A program made the translations under genes and the position numbers. Below, piece after piece: positions 1 to 30,600 of a stretch of 64,000 bases of DNA. This DNA comes from Amoebidium appalachense (taxonomy: Eukaryota; Protista; Ichthyosporea). How positions within the stretch are numbered: position 1 is the stretch's first letter; every line of letters starts with the position of its first letter. The stretch spans positions 9,052,940 to 9,116,939 of the forward strand of contig CAVNZM010000013.1 of NCBI GenBank assembly GCA_963693365.1, in the 5' to 3' direction. The notes under the pieces were generated by a model. That model had not been told where the DNA came from, ran no database searches, and worked only from the letters and a program-made list of their open reading frames with translations.

Positions 1-4785
<4,785 letters not shown>

Positions 4786-4809
4786 TGCGCCCACCTACGA
4801 CGTTCTAAT

Positions 4810-4935
4810 GTATACCCCACCCACCACCCTCTATGTATATACCCCACCCACCACCCTCTATGTATATACACCACCCACCACCCTCTATGTATATACACCA
4901 CCCACCACCCTCTATGTATATACACCACCCACCCA
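4810..4935. repeat. 27-bp minisatellite just downstream of the first gene's stop codon
   Basis: tatacaccacccaccaccctctatgta, ~4.5 copies. Confidence 0.85.
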
Positions 4936-5462
4936 CATGCACGATCCTTACTAATTGACGGACACTTTGCATTCACACGAGTAATTTAACCTCTAGAGGA
5001 CCGGACTAATTGATTCTACCGGCTGCCGGTAGGGACCTAAACAACTCTATTGCGGCTCAAATCACTTTAAAACCCCAAATAAATTGTATATGTCGACAGG
5101 TATGTGTCTTACCTACATATGTTTATAGCTGGTTTGGTAAAAATATCATTATTTCATATACTTTTGTATCTGCTTCTGGAGCCACCTTCGAGATTTTGGG
5201 GAAATCTTGGAGCTGCCATCGAATGTCGACTGATCCGACCAATCATATTTTGCCATTGGCGTTTTGCTCCAATCAGAAGTTTGCATCGACATCATTTGGA
5301 TGTCGACATTGACTCGTCAAGCCGGCAAGCACCCTTCGTAGTTACACCATATACAGAGTATCGTTATTAAGATAAAGTTCAACTTTTTTTTTGCATAAAA
5401 CGAAGGATAAAAGTATATTCTAATCTCGTGCAACTTTTATTTGACTAGTCCCTATCAACTTC

Positions 5463-15055
<9,593 letters not shown>

Positions 15056-15613
15056 CCCAGCCAGCCTGTGTGAGACTTGTATGAATGAATGATCTGTGGC
15101 ACCCTGCCCATCCTGATATGCCCATGTGTTTGCAGGCCACTAGGCACGTGACTCAACAGGTCAGTGTGATGTATATTGTCAAATAAGATGACACCTAGAA
15201 TTGTTAAAGATTGACGTTCCACAAGTCGCTAAGGCCTAGTTCTTCAATCCATTAGTATCTTGTATCAAAGTGTACATTGCAGTTTACTGTAGTCAAATAG
15301 TTGGGGCTTCATGCATATTCTCAATATGAGATCATAGTGCATTAGCTCTAACATGCCATCTGTAAGACTTGCTAAGACCTACCCCCTTACATAGTCGATT
15401 AGCATAAGATCTCGAGGTGCATACCACACCTGCTGAGATCTGATTGTCTCCATTCCATTGGCTTTACAGCTCTACCCGATTAATAGTTTATGCCGGCTAC
15501 CTCTATTATCATCATAGACGCATGTGAGACAACACTGTACATGTACCCACCCAAATGCATGAAGGCAACAGCAGCCTCTTATTATCTAATATATCATAGC
15601 TTGCAAGTTATCC

Positions 15614-15663
<50 letters not shown>

Positions 15664-16124
15664 ACCCCCCCAAAAAAAAAAAAAAGCGCTCACATCGATT
15701 ACACTGCCCTATAGTGCCCTTTCTGACCTAGCGGGCTAGTGACTGCTGTGGTGATATCTTTGCATTTTTGGTTGTTGTGTACGTGTTGCGATGGTGACAT
15801 GTGATGTACAAAAGGGTCCCCCCCCCCCCCCCCCCCCCCTCCCCGGGCCCTCGCTCTCTCCCCATTTGGTCCACTATCACCACCACCCGTTAAACGTTTA
15901 TATCGAGGTGTCGTTTTCAAGTTGGCTCGGAGTACTCCACTGCATCTTGCGGCCTCCACCAGCGCCATGGCCAGCACTTATGCACATACATGCGTGCACA
16001 AACGACCACATACAGTACAGGGGTAGGCCGAATATAAGGTTACAGAGGCCGTCCGCCCTTAAGATTGTCCGCCAACAAGATTCCATCGACGCCGATTTTG
16101 CCAGATTTTTGTACCTTTGCCCGC

Positions 16125-16280
16125 CGGTGTCCTTTGGTCACTTGTTGTTTATTTTTATTTCATCGCTGTGGCTCTTTCGAAGTCGGTTATTTTGGTGGTC
16201 ATGTAGCCTGTGGCTGCACGTTGCCTTCATATCCACTGGACCACTGATCAATAAATCCCAGTCAAGAGAAAAAAAAACTT
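16125..16280 (+). repeat. Dispersed repeat, with an inverted copy at ~44910-45052
   Basis: Shared gtgtccttt(g)gtcacttg...tttatttttatttc...tgtagcctgtggctgcacgttgccttcat...gatcaataaa...agtcaa. Confidence 0.75.
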
Positions 16281-16451
16281 TTAAGATTGTGCCGACGGGT
16301 CTATTTTCGGGACAATCTTATCGCTTATATGGGCAGAGGAGGTGTGGGGGGCATATTTTCAAGCTGTATGACACCGTAATGGTTCCCCCAAAATGGCTTT
16401 TTCAGCGTTTTGTTTAGGCTTCACATTACCTTTGCGATTTTTGCGACCCCC

Positions 16452-16491
<40 letters not shown>

Positions 16492-16589
16492 CCCCCCCCC
16501 CCCTCCCCTCCTCCTCCTCAGAGGCCCCGTCCATTACTCCTAACTAACCCACACAAACCGTGACACACACGCAATCGTGCGCGTGCGCA

Positions 16590-16621
<32 letters not shown>

Positions 16622-16784
16622 GCACATAAGACATGCACATTTAGTGTTCTTACTATCCTGGTAGGCTACACACACTCGTAGACACAGACACACAACCAAC
16701 CAGCACCCCCCCCCCCCCCCCCCCCCCCCCCTCCCCCCCCCCCCCCCCCCTCTCCCCTCCAATCTTCCCACCATATACACACAG

Positions 16785-16821
<37 letters not shown>

Positions 16822-16860
16822 CTCTCTCTCTTTCTCTCGCTCGCGCTCTCTCTCTCTCCT

Positions 16861-16914
<54 letters not shown>

Positions 16915-17073
16915 ACAACACATACACACTACACCCACGTGCACACACACACACACGCACGCAAACACGCGCGCGTACGCGTCGACACACACACACAAAC
17001 ACACACACACACACACACACGCGCGCGCACTTGTGATGCAGGCGTGCACATACACAGCTTCATTCCGGTTACC

Positions 17074-17117
<44 letters not shown>

Positions 17118-17461
17118 GCTCCCCCCCCCCCTTATTACGGCTACCGTCCCTCCCGCCCCCCCTCCACCACCATCAAGCGGATCTGTTACCACCCCTTCAA
17201 GTTGCAATGATTAGCTAAGCCCCTCCTCCCCCTGTGCCTCACCCCCCCCCCCCCCCCCCCCCGCCCAAAGGGCTCCCCCACCAAGATTATGGACACGCCC
17301 AAAATTTGACCCTCTAATTGAAAATAAGATTGCGTCCCCACCCCCCTAAAAGCGTAGGATCTTAAGTTGGACGGCCTCTGTACGTGGATTTTCGCCCTCA
17401 GGGGGCCAGAATCTTATAATTCTGCAACCCCTAGCCCAACACAATCTTAAATTGATCCCCC

Positions 17462-17515
<54 letters not shown>

Positions 17516-17623
17516 ACGGTAAAAAATTGACCGGGTTTCCTCCTCGTGAATTTTTGTTCCTGATTCTTTCTTTTCTTTTTTCTTTCTTTTTCCTTTTTTT
17601 TCCTTCTTACTTTCTTTCTTTCC

Positions 17624-17654
<31 letters not shown>

Positions 17655-17672
17655 TTTTTAATTTTTTTTTTT

Positions 17673-17703
<31 letters not shown>

Positions 17704-19132
17704 GGGGGGCGAGCCCGCTCGCTGTGTCATATGTGCTGCCGATTCTGTACAGAAAAACGCCTATACTGCAGCTTTTTTGGTGTGCAGAGCCCGTGTGTAC
17801 ATGTGAATTTTGTGTACTTGTTTTGCGGTTTGTGCATGTGTGGCAGGTGGTTGCGTGTGTGTGGCAGGGTATGTGTGTATGCCTGTGTGTGGTGTGTGTG
17901 TGTGGCATGTGTGTGCGTGCGCGCATGCCATGTGTATGTGACGGTGTGTGTGCCACTGTGTGGGTATGTGTGCTTGTGTGTCACTGTGTGTGCGTGTACG
18001 CCAATTTGTGTGTCACAGTGTGTGTTTTGGGGGGGGGGGGGGGGGGGGAGGGGGAGGGTGTGCGCTTCAGTGTGTGTGTGTGTGTAGTGTATGCTCCTAC
18101 AAACAAAAGATCGAAACTGGCCCAACAACTTGAAAATAGTCTGCCTGTAGATATCGAAATATCGAAAACCTAACCGTTGAACAAGACAGCAGAGAAATAG
18201 CAAAATAAAACGTAAATGAAAAGGCACATTTTTTCCAAACAACTAAACGAAGGCAAGGTGACATTCAATGTATGCGACATTTATTGCCACAAGGCAGATT
18301 TTCGCAAATAATCATTCCACAAACTGCATGCTGGCATGAGGTCATGCGGGATTCGCCGACCCACCCGTGCATATCTGGAAAAGAAGGATGGAAACTTGCC
18401 TCAGTGTACTTGATATGCAATATTTCCGTCTCCCCCCCCCCCCCCCCCCTCTCTCCCCCCCCCCCCCCCCCCCCCACACACACACAATGTAACACGCACC
18501 CCCCGCACCACCCCAGAAAACTGAGGCCCCAAGACTTCAGGGGGGAAGGTTTTTTGTGTACATGTGTTTGGGCGCTCGGTTCGGACCATACCCAACCACG
18601 AACAGACAGTGTTCATCAGTGAAGTCGAAAACTTGAACAAATGTTATTCCAAAAAATTTGAACAGCGGAACAGGTTCCTTTCAATAACCCAAAACCCCAG
18701 AAGCTTCAGTGGGAGTCCGACATGCACTGCCACCATAACTTGAAATATGAATGGAATTCATAAAGAAAAAAACTTGTGGCATTGTTGGCTCAGGCTGGCA
18801 CAGTGCACACACCATGCAAATATGCAGGCCTGTAAAATTGGTCAGCTGAAATCACAAATGTTAACAGGTTAGCCCTTCGTGCTTGGTGGAATTGTGGCCG
18901 AATCATGTGGAGGAGGAGGAGGAGGGGGGGGGGGGGGGAGGGGGGAGGGGCCGGAGGGGAAGGGGGAGGAAGGGGGGGGCATCACCACCACCACCGTGGG
19001 CCACCACCACCAAAATGGGGGGGAAATGATGTGTCAGTGTTGTGTGTGTGTGTGTATGACAATCACGGTGTGTGTTTTTGTTTATTATGTGTGATGGTGG
19101 TAGTGACGGGGTGGTACGCCGTGTGTGTGTGT

Positions 19133-19163
<31 letters not shown>

Positions 19164-19598
19164 GGGGGGGGGGGGAGGGGGGGGGGGGGGGGGGGGTTTT
19201 CAAAAAAAATCTTATTTCTAGACAGGCAGGTCTAGGCCACTAGAATCTTAAATTTTCAAAACTTTCTAGGGCTACAATCGTATACAAGGAAAATCTTATA
19301 TTTAGACAACCAAGCATAGTTAAGCTGCAGTTAATATGTACATGAGACTCCATAATAGTGCGTATTAGCTATAGCCTCATTAATCATTGAGATAGGGTTA
19401 TACAGAACATCCCTTTCCCCCTTCCCCCCCCAGCTCTAATATTAGAGACCCGTGTGCACGTGCCATTACGTAATTAATTACAAGTGTGTTTTCAATTGAT
19501 TTTTCGTGCGTGCACACGCACACGGCCGACATATATTTGTATACATACATATGTCTGCGTGTGTATAATGGCATGTGTGCGTGTGTGTGTGTACGGTG

Positions 19599-19688
<90 letters not shown>

Positions 19689-19778
19689 CGTGCGCGCGTG
19701 CGTGAGTGAGTGAGTGAGTGAGTGAGTGAGTGAGTGAGTGAGTGTGTGTATGCATGTGTGCAAGTTTTCAACTCCCCC

Positions 19779-19833
<55 letters not shown>

Positions 19834-19835
<2 letters not shown>

Positions 19836-20098
19836 TTGAATGCGTCAAAAAGTACGAAGTACACAAGAACAAACGGATAACACGATGCAGAATGCAAGCC
19901 ATACATAAAGAGTATGCATAATAAGCAGAGCCCATCCTCAGGGGGGGCCCACGTCATCCACAGTACCCGAGTTTCGACCTATTCCCCTCGTTAACGAAAC
20001 CCAACTCAGATACTGTTTCACTTGAACATGAGTAGGTCACCCGTCTTGATCAGAGACGAGCAGGGTTGCTTATGCAGGCAAGGGCAGTGGGAAAGGCC
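19834..20098 (-). mobile_element. Subfamily A copy, 5'-truncated, reverse orientation, within poly(G)
   Basis: Reverse complement of ~8301-8564 with few substitutions; G-runs on both sides. Confidence 0.85.
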
Positions 20099-21029
20099 GG
20101 GGGGGGGGAGGGGGTGGTGGGGGGCCCGGGAGGTAAGGGGGGGAAAAGGGCCTAGTTACATGCCGTGGGCGAACAGCGGAGACGGGCATGTATGCATTCC
20201 CTACAAATGCTACGTGCAGCTATATATACAAGGCAAATGGGGGGGGGGGGGGGGGGGGGGGAGGGGGGAAGGGAGGTGTCTTTTTATGAAAAGGGGCGGG
20301 GGGAGGGGGGGGGGGTCCACTTCCCGTGAAAAAATATCATGAGTCCATACGCCATCTCAATCATGACGGCAAGTCGAATGAAGTATATTCATCTGGTCGT
20401 GAAGGCACAAATTAGAGCCATGGCACCGTGGGGGATTAGGCCTCAATTATATACATAAGACCTCTGGTAGCTAATATTAATCATCTAATTAACTTTGTTC
20501 GCCATCATGCATTCTCATGCCATATATGTCATTTTTAATCTATTAATCCGACCAATCCTAAGGTACCTATAATTCTAAAAAGCAGGCATGTACATTGTGA
20601 CCGACCTCCTAAGTCATAATGTAATGGTCAACAGCCATATATAGCCGATGATATGAGACAAGAAGCATAAGTACTTTAACTAAGGGTAGAGCTCAGCATC
20701 ACAGTATATTATCATACGAGGGCTTAGATTGGTACATTCACCCACCTAAAATTCAACCCTTCAGCTACCGATTATATAACAGCTGCATCTCGACGACTAA
20801 AAACAGCTTACGGCACATGGTGCTGGGCTTACCTATACGACGGCTCTTCTATGATTGGTGGGTACACCAAACAAATGCATAAATGTATTCCCGTGCAGAC
20901 TTGCGTTCATAAACTATCACCCTTTGAACCCACCAATGTAGCACGGTGCATGCTTGGTTCGGTACGGCAGTAGGGTTGGCCAGTCAGTGCTAATGGGCAT
21001 GTCTTGTGTGTGTAAGCACAAAGGTAAAC

Positions 21030-21109
<80 letters not shown>

Positions 21110-21230
21110 CGCGCGTGTGTGCGTGCGCGCGTGTGTGCGTGCGTACGTGTGTGTGTGTGTCTGTCTGTGTCTGTGTGTGTGTGTGTGTGTGCTCTTAGAT
21201 AAGGACGATGGGGGTTTGTAAGCTTGCCTT

Positions 21231-24437
<3,207 letters not shown>

Positions 24438-25058
24438 GGCAGCAACAGAGAGAGGCGCTGTGGTCAAGACGTTGACTGTTCTCTATTCCCTGCAGGCACA
24501 GACTGAACACTGAAGTGAGTACTTCAGTACCACTGTTGGACTCTCTGTTGGGTCATAGGCTGGTTGATGAATGGTCATGAGCATGGTCTGGGGAGATTGT
24601 ATTTGCCAATCAAATGTGTGTACAGAGTGCAAACTAACCATATATGGCTATTGAGTTGCAGTCAGTCTAAGCTAGGTTTTGTGTGACGTCATTATTACGA
24701 TGAACTCTAGTACAAAGTTGCCATAGGACAGGTCAACACAAAACGCCTGTGTACAGACTAATTGAGGTCATGCACCAAGTCAAAGTTTCAAGTCAGACCG
24801 TCCGTCAGGTAGTGGTCACGGAACAGGCGCATAGCAGTCACTATAAAGTCGTATGTTGTTTGTCCCGTAGTCGCAATTGCAAAGACGCAACAACTTCATT
24901 CCTTTCTAGTGTTATTGGTCGGTGCTGCGCGGCAGCCAGAGCAGCAGTCTACCCCAGCCCTCGCAGGTCTAGGGGGCACAACCCAGGGTGTGCCTTAGGC
25001 CCGCAGCCACCCTGCATAGGCCCCTTCTCGCTGCGGCCCTGCGCCACCAGCCAGGACC

Positions 25059-25576
25059 ATGGCGGTATGGCCTCCCTTCCTGTTCATATTGCTCGGCTTA
25101 GCAATGATCCAGGCCTTGCCACACACCTGCACGCTGCTCTATGCCCTTGCACAACACAGACGTGCCCACACAGGTGGAGCATAGGCCACAAAAGTTGCAC
25201 ACAGCTGCTTCTGTAAACGCATGCTCGCTGTTAGGAATTGGAGAGGTTTTTTGCAAGTGTCTGAGAAGCCAGCCCCTGACCTGCCATTAAATGCATGCTG
25301 CGGACGTTACTGATGTTGAATGTTTCCCTTTGCCTGTGTCCTGCACCGTGTTTCTCATCGTGTACTTGTACCTCGTACCGTGTCCCCCCCCCCCCCCCCT
25401 CTTCCATTCGAAGCGCTCCTCCTCTCCCCTCCAGCCTCTTTCTATCATAGTTTCTCAAAGAAGTCACCCCAATGCTTCAGACGTTTGGGACTTTTTTCAG
25501 CGGTTGGTCCGTTTCTTCTTGTATTGTTCTGGGTTTCTAATCCCATTTTTCGTCCTTAGACATTGTACTCGTGCAG

Positions 25577-25616
<40 letters not shown>

Positions 25617-27027
25617 CCTTCCCCTCATCCGTGCTCAACGATTCCCAGCCCCTACCCTAGTTTTGGCCCTAGCTTCCTCTCCTATCATGAGCACTGGCTT
25701 CCTGCCTGCGCCCTGACGATGTCCCCCAGCCCACTCTTCCTCTGTTGCCCTCCTTCACGTTCACTTCCTCCTTTGCCTTCGTTTCGTCGGTGCTGACCGC
25801 TTGTGACTTGAGTCTCTCGTGGCTTTACCTCCCCCCCCTCCCCCCTCCCCCCAACCCTGAAGGCTTTTCTTCCTGCCACCTTTCCACCGATCTCTTGCTC
25901 ACAATAGAATGGTTCTGTGCATTATTCTTTTATGTTATTCTGGTCTGTTCTCTGTAAGGTTAAATGTTGTATGTACATGTGTTCAAATTGAGCCTAAGAG
26001 TGTGTGTGTCCATGGGTGTATGTGTGGGTGTATGTGTGTACGTGTGGGTGTGTTTGTGTATGTGTCTGTGTGCAGGTGTCTTGGGCGTGCCCTGCCCCTT
26101 ATTGGTGTCGTCGGGGTTGCTTCTGTGCCACTGTTCTGTTCTGTCTTGATTGTCCTATGGACCCGTAAAGTTTTACTGGAGCTTTTATGAACTCAACCCC
26201 CCCCCCCCCCCCCCCCTCTCCCACACCCCTTCCATCCCCCTCCTATGTGCCTGACCCAGCCAGCCCAGCCACCCTGCTCACCCAGTGCACCCCAGGAGCC
26301 TGCCAGCGATGTGCAGGCGCAGTTCCGTGAGCTTGGGGCGCAGTCACGGGCGCGGTTTGACAGGGGGCTGGCTGTGATGGCTGCTCAGACAGTAGAAAGG
26401 TTTGAGGAGCTGAGGGAGCTGCTGTGGCGGTTCAGCAGCATGCAGAAAGATGTGGACCCCGCAGCTACGGTGTGTGTGTCGGCACACAGTGTGCCTACTC
26501 CCCCCCCCCCCCCATCACCTTGTTAGAGCTGGGTCGCAGTGTCTCCCCCCCCCCCCCCCCCCTCTCCCCCCCTCCCCCCCTCCCCTCCCCCCCCTTCCCC
26601 CCCAGAGGTGTCCTTTCAGGACAGACCACTTTGCGGAGACCGCTTTACTTCCATGCAACCGGGCATGGTTGCTCTGTGTCGTGCATCTGTAAGCACATAC
26701 ACATTTTTCGCTGCACTGCTTAGTTTGCACACACACCGTTTTGCTCACCTTGCTTGCATCAGCAACCCTGCTCGTCTTTGATCAAGACGGGTTGACCCTC
26801 CCAAGTTCAGTTGATGCTGCTGTCTGAGTTGGAGAGTCGTATATACGCGGGCTAAGGGGTCGAAACTCAGACGCAATTGATGACTTGGGCCCTCCCTGAG
26901 GATGGGCTCTGCTTATGACGCATACTGTGCGCATGGCTGATGTTGCATACTTGAATGTTTGCCTTTGCATGTGTCCTGCACCATGCTTCTCATCGTGTAT
27001 GCGTACTTCGTACCGTGTTCCGCATTC

Positions 27028-27058
<31 letters not shown>

Positions 27059-27598
27059 GCGAACTAGGTCACACTCGGTGTACCAGCTGCCCCCTTTCCT
27101 GACGGTTTGCACTCAATGTACCCCCTCTTTCCCCGTTACCCTCCCCCCGTCCCCCCATAATGGGTAATACTCAGTGTGTGAGCCTCCCTGTCTCCCCGAT
27201 TGTTTGCATTTGATGTACCCTCTCCTGTGCTCTCCCGGCTGCTTTTCCATTCCGAAGCCAGCAGTATCCCTTCCACTTATTCCCCCCCCAGAAGCAGGCC
27301 GTGTGGGACGAGCATGTGCGTGCCGTGGTGCTGCTGCAGGAGCTCAGGCGCCTCAACAGGAAGATGCACGTGGCCCCCCTGGACCTGATGGTATGTAGAC
27401 CCCACCCCCCGTATCAGGCACCATGCAGCATGCTGCATAGGGCTACTGCGTGAGGGTTTATTTGGGAGGTGGTGGTGGTGGTGGGGTGGTTGAGAGAGTT
27501 GGTGTGATAGAAAGGAGACATCGTGTGATGGCCAGAGCGCGGGCGTAGCCCGCACCCCCTAATAATGTGCATGCCCTTTGCAACGAAGTTCCCGTTGT

Positions 27599-27632
<34 letters not shown>

Positions 27633-30600
27633 AGGATGGGCTCTGCTTATTATGCATACTCTTTATGTATGGCTTGCATTCTGCATCGTGTTATCCGTTT
27701 GTTCTAGTGTACTTCGTACTTTTTGACGCCTTCAAACCCCCCTCTCCCCCCGGGCGCTCCCAGACGGCTGATGACTGCATGCTCTCAGCCCAAATCTCTC
27801 ACGTTCCCCTCCCCCCTCACCTGCACACAAAAACACTCGCTCCTAGCAACATCAAATGCTTACAAATCTCCCACCTCACCCTGCCACGCACAAACCGCCT
27901 CTGTACACACCCACCCAGCACGCACATGCTGGAAGTCTGTTGCACAAACCTTGCTGTCCCACCCACCCACCCCACCACCCACGGACTAACCCATCCTCCC
28001 CCACAGTCGCCTGTGGGCAGGGCACGGGAGCATGCGGACCTGACCACACTGACGTACCAAGACAAGCTGTACCTTAAACACTACATCCAGGCCCTGATAA
28101 GAGCAGAGAGGGAGGACGGGTACGTGTAGTGGTCTGATGTTGTAGTGGGGGGGGGGGGAATGGGTGAGACAGAGAGGTGGCTGCCGATGCTCTGACAGAC
28201 TGAGGCTGGAGATGCATGGCAGGCACATGGACAGCAGGGCAGGACATAAGGGCTGCAGTGAGCAGGGCACAGGGTGTGGTCTGGGTGTGTGCCCATGCCC
28301 CTGCTCCCTGTGGTCGGGGCATGCAGATAGCAGCGCACTAGTCCTGAATTACATCCGTGCACAACCCTGCCACACATGCGTAAGCGTGCTTCACGTAAAC
28401 AAGACCCCTCCCCCCCCCCCCCCCCCCTCCCTTTTCGTGCACCGGTTGCAGCCCATGTGCCCACCAACCCCCCCTGTGCCAGTATGGCCACCAACGCCCT
28501 ACCCTCCCAGCACCAACGAGCACAGGGCGCTGCTAGCGCATATGCCGCCAGAGGAGGACTTCCTGAGGGACATGCAGCAGAGGGGTGTGCCCATGGATGA
28601 CGTCACCAGCAACCCTCACGAGCTCATGCTCAAACGGCTGGAGCACGAGACCAGCCAGAGGAGAGAGTAGGGGCCCTTGCCTGCTTGCTGCTGCCCTCTA
28701 GTGCATGCTGGCCCCTGTTAGCAGCGGGTTCCTTTTTCTCCTGTAAGAAGGTGCCCATCTTTTTATCCCATGTTAAAGGTGCCCTACTTTCTATTCCATG
28801 TTAACGGTGCCCATTTTTCTATCCCATGTTAAAGGTGCCCATTTTTCTATCCCATGTTAAAGGTGTCCATCTTTTTATCCCATGTTAGAGGCCTCAATTC
28901 CCTCTTCGTGTCCACCCCCTCTCCCTGCTAGCCATGCAGCATGCACCCCCCAAGCTGCGACTGTGCTTTTTCTGGACTGGCCTGATTGGTTTTCACGGGC
29001 TATGGCCTGCTGTATGCAGGCAGCGGTAGTGCCGTGGTAGCAGCTGATTGGAGGGTTGGGATGTGTAGCAGCTGATTGGAGGGTTGGGCTGTGTAGCAGC
29101 TGATTGGAGGATTGGGCTGTGTAGCGGCTGATTGGAGCGTTGGGCTGTGTAGCAGCTGATTTCACGGTTGGGGTGTGGTGATCAGTAACATGCCACCTGT
29201 CCTTTTAGGCTGATGCACCGGGCGGAGGAGCTGTCGCGGCGGCTGGATGTGATTGTGGCCATCAGCGACAGCAAGGCAAAGACCCTGGCCGGCCTGGAGC
29301 CGAAGGTCGACAGCCTGCTGGCCGTACGTGCCCCCCTGAAGGACACATGCACGGCACACATGCAGCACACATGCAGCATACACATGCACGGCACACATGC
29401 AGCACACATGCAGCATACACATGCACGGCACACATGCAGCACACATGCAGCATACACATGCACGGCACACATGCAGCACAAAACCCTAACCCACACACTG
29501 CTTTGTACGAGCATGCACACACACACTGCTTTGTAGGAGCATGCACACACACACTGCTTTGTAGGAGCATGCACACACACACTGCTTTGTAGGAGCATGC
29601 ACACACACACTGCTTTGTAGGAGCATGCACACACACTGCTTTGTAGGAGCATGCACACACACACTGCTTTGTAGGAGCATGCACACACACACTGCTTTGT
29701 AGGAGCATGCACACACACACTGCTTTGTAGGAGCATGCACACACACACTGCTTTGTAGGAGCATGCACACACACACTGCTTTGCAGGAGCATGCACACAC
29801 ACACTGCTTTGCAGGAGCATGCACACACACACTGCTTTGCAGGAGCATGCACACACACACTGCTTTGCAGGAGCATGCACACACACACTGCTTTGTAGGA
29901 GCATGCACACACACACTGCTTTGTAGGAGCATGCACACACACACTGCTTTGTAGGAGCATACACACACACACTGCTTTGTACGAGCATGCACACACACAC
30001 TGCTTTGTACGAGCATGCACACACACACTGCTTTGTACGAGCATGCACACACACACTGCTTTGTACGAGCATGCACACACACACTGCTTTGTACGAGCAT
30101 GCACACACACACTGCTTTGTACGAGCATGCACACACACACTGCTTTGTACGAGCATGCACACACACACTGCTTTGTACGAGCATGCACACACACACTGCT
30201 TTGTACGAGCATGCACACACACACTGCTTTGTACGAGCATGCACACACACACTGCTTTGTACGAGCATGCACACACACACTGCTTTGCACGAGCATGCAC
30301 ACACACACTGCTGTGCAGGAGCATGCACACACACACTGCTTTGCACGAGCATGCACACACACACTGCTTTGTACGAGCATGCACACACACACTGCTTTGT
30401 AGGAGCATGCACACACACACTGCTTTGTACGAGCATGCACACACACACTGCTTTGTACGAGCATGCACACACACACTGCTTTGTACGAGCATGCACACAC
30501 ACACTGCTTTGCAGGAGCATGCACACACACACTGCTTTGTACGAGCATGCACACACACACTGCTTTGTACGAGCATGCACACACACACTGCTTTGTAGGA

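Noticed and set aside
4976-5430. MITE bounded by CACGAG...CTCGTG
   Set aside because: The inverted match is only 6 bp, with no TSD and no second copy in the window.
26790-26870. Canonical HDV-like ribozyme (GG-hairpin-GGCTAA-GGGGTC)
   Set aside because: There is no P3/L3 module, the P1 partner lies downstream, and the would-be catalytic C is T or G in the A and C copies. Kept only as a resemblance.
26878-26900. Box C/D snoRNA (TGATGA...CTGA)
   Set aside because: The boxes are only ~12 nt apart and are not conserved in subfamily C.
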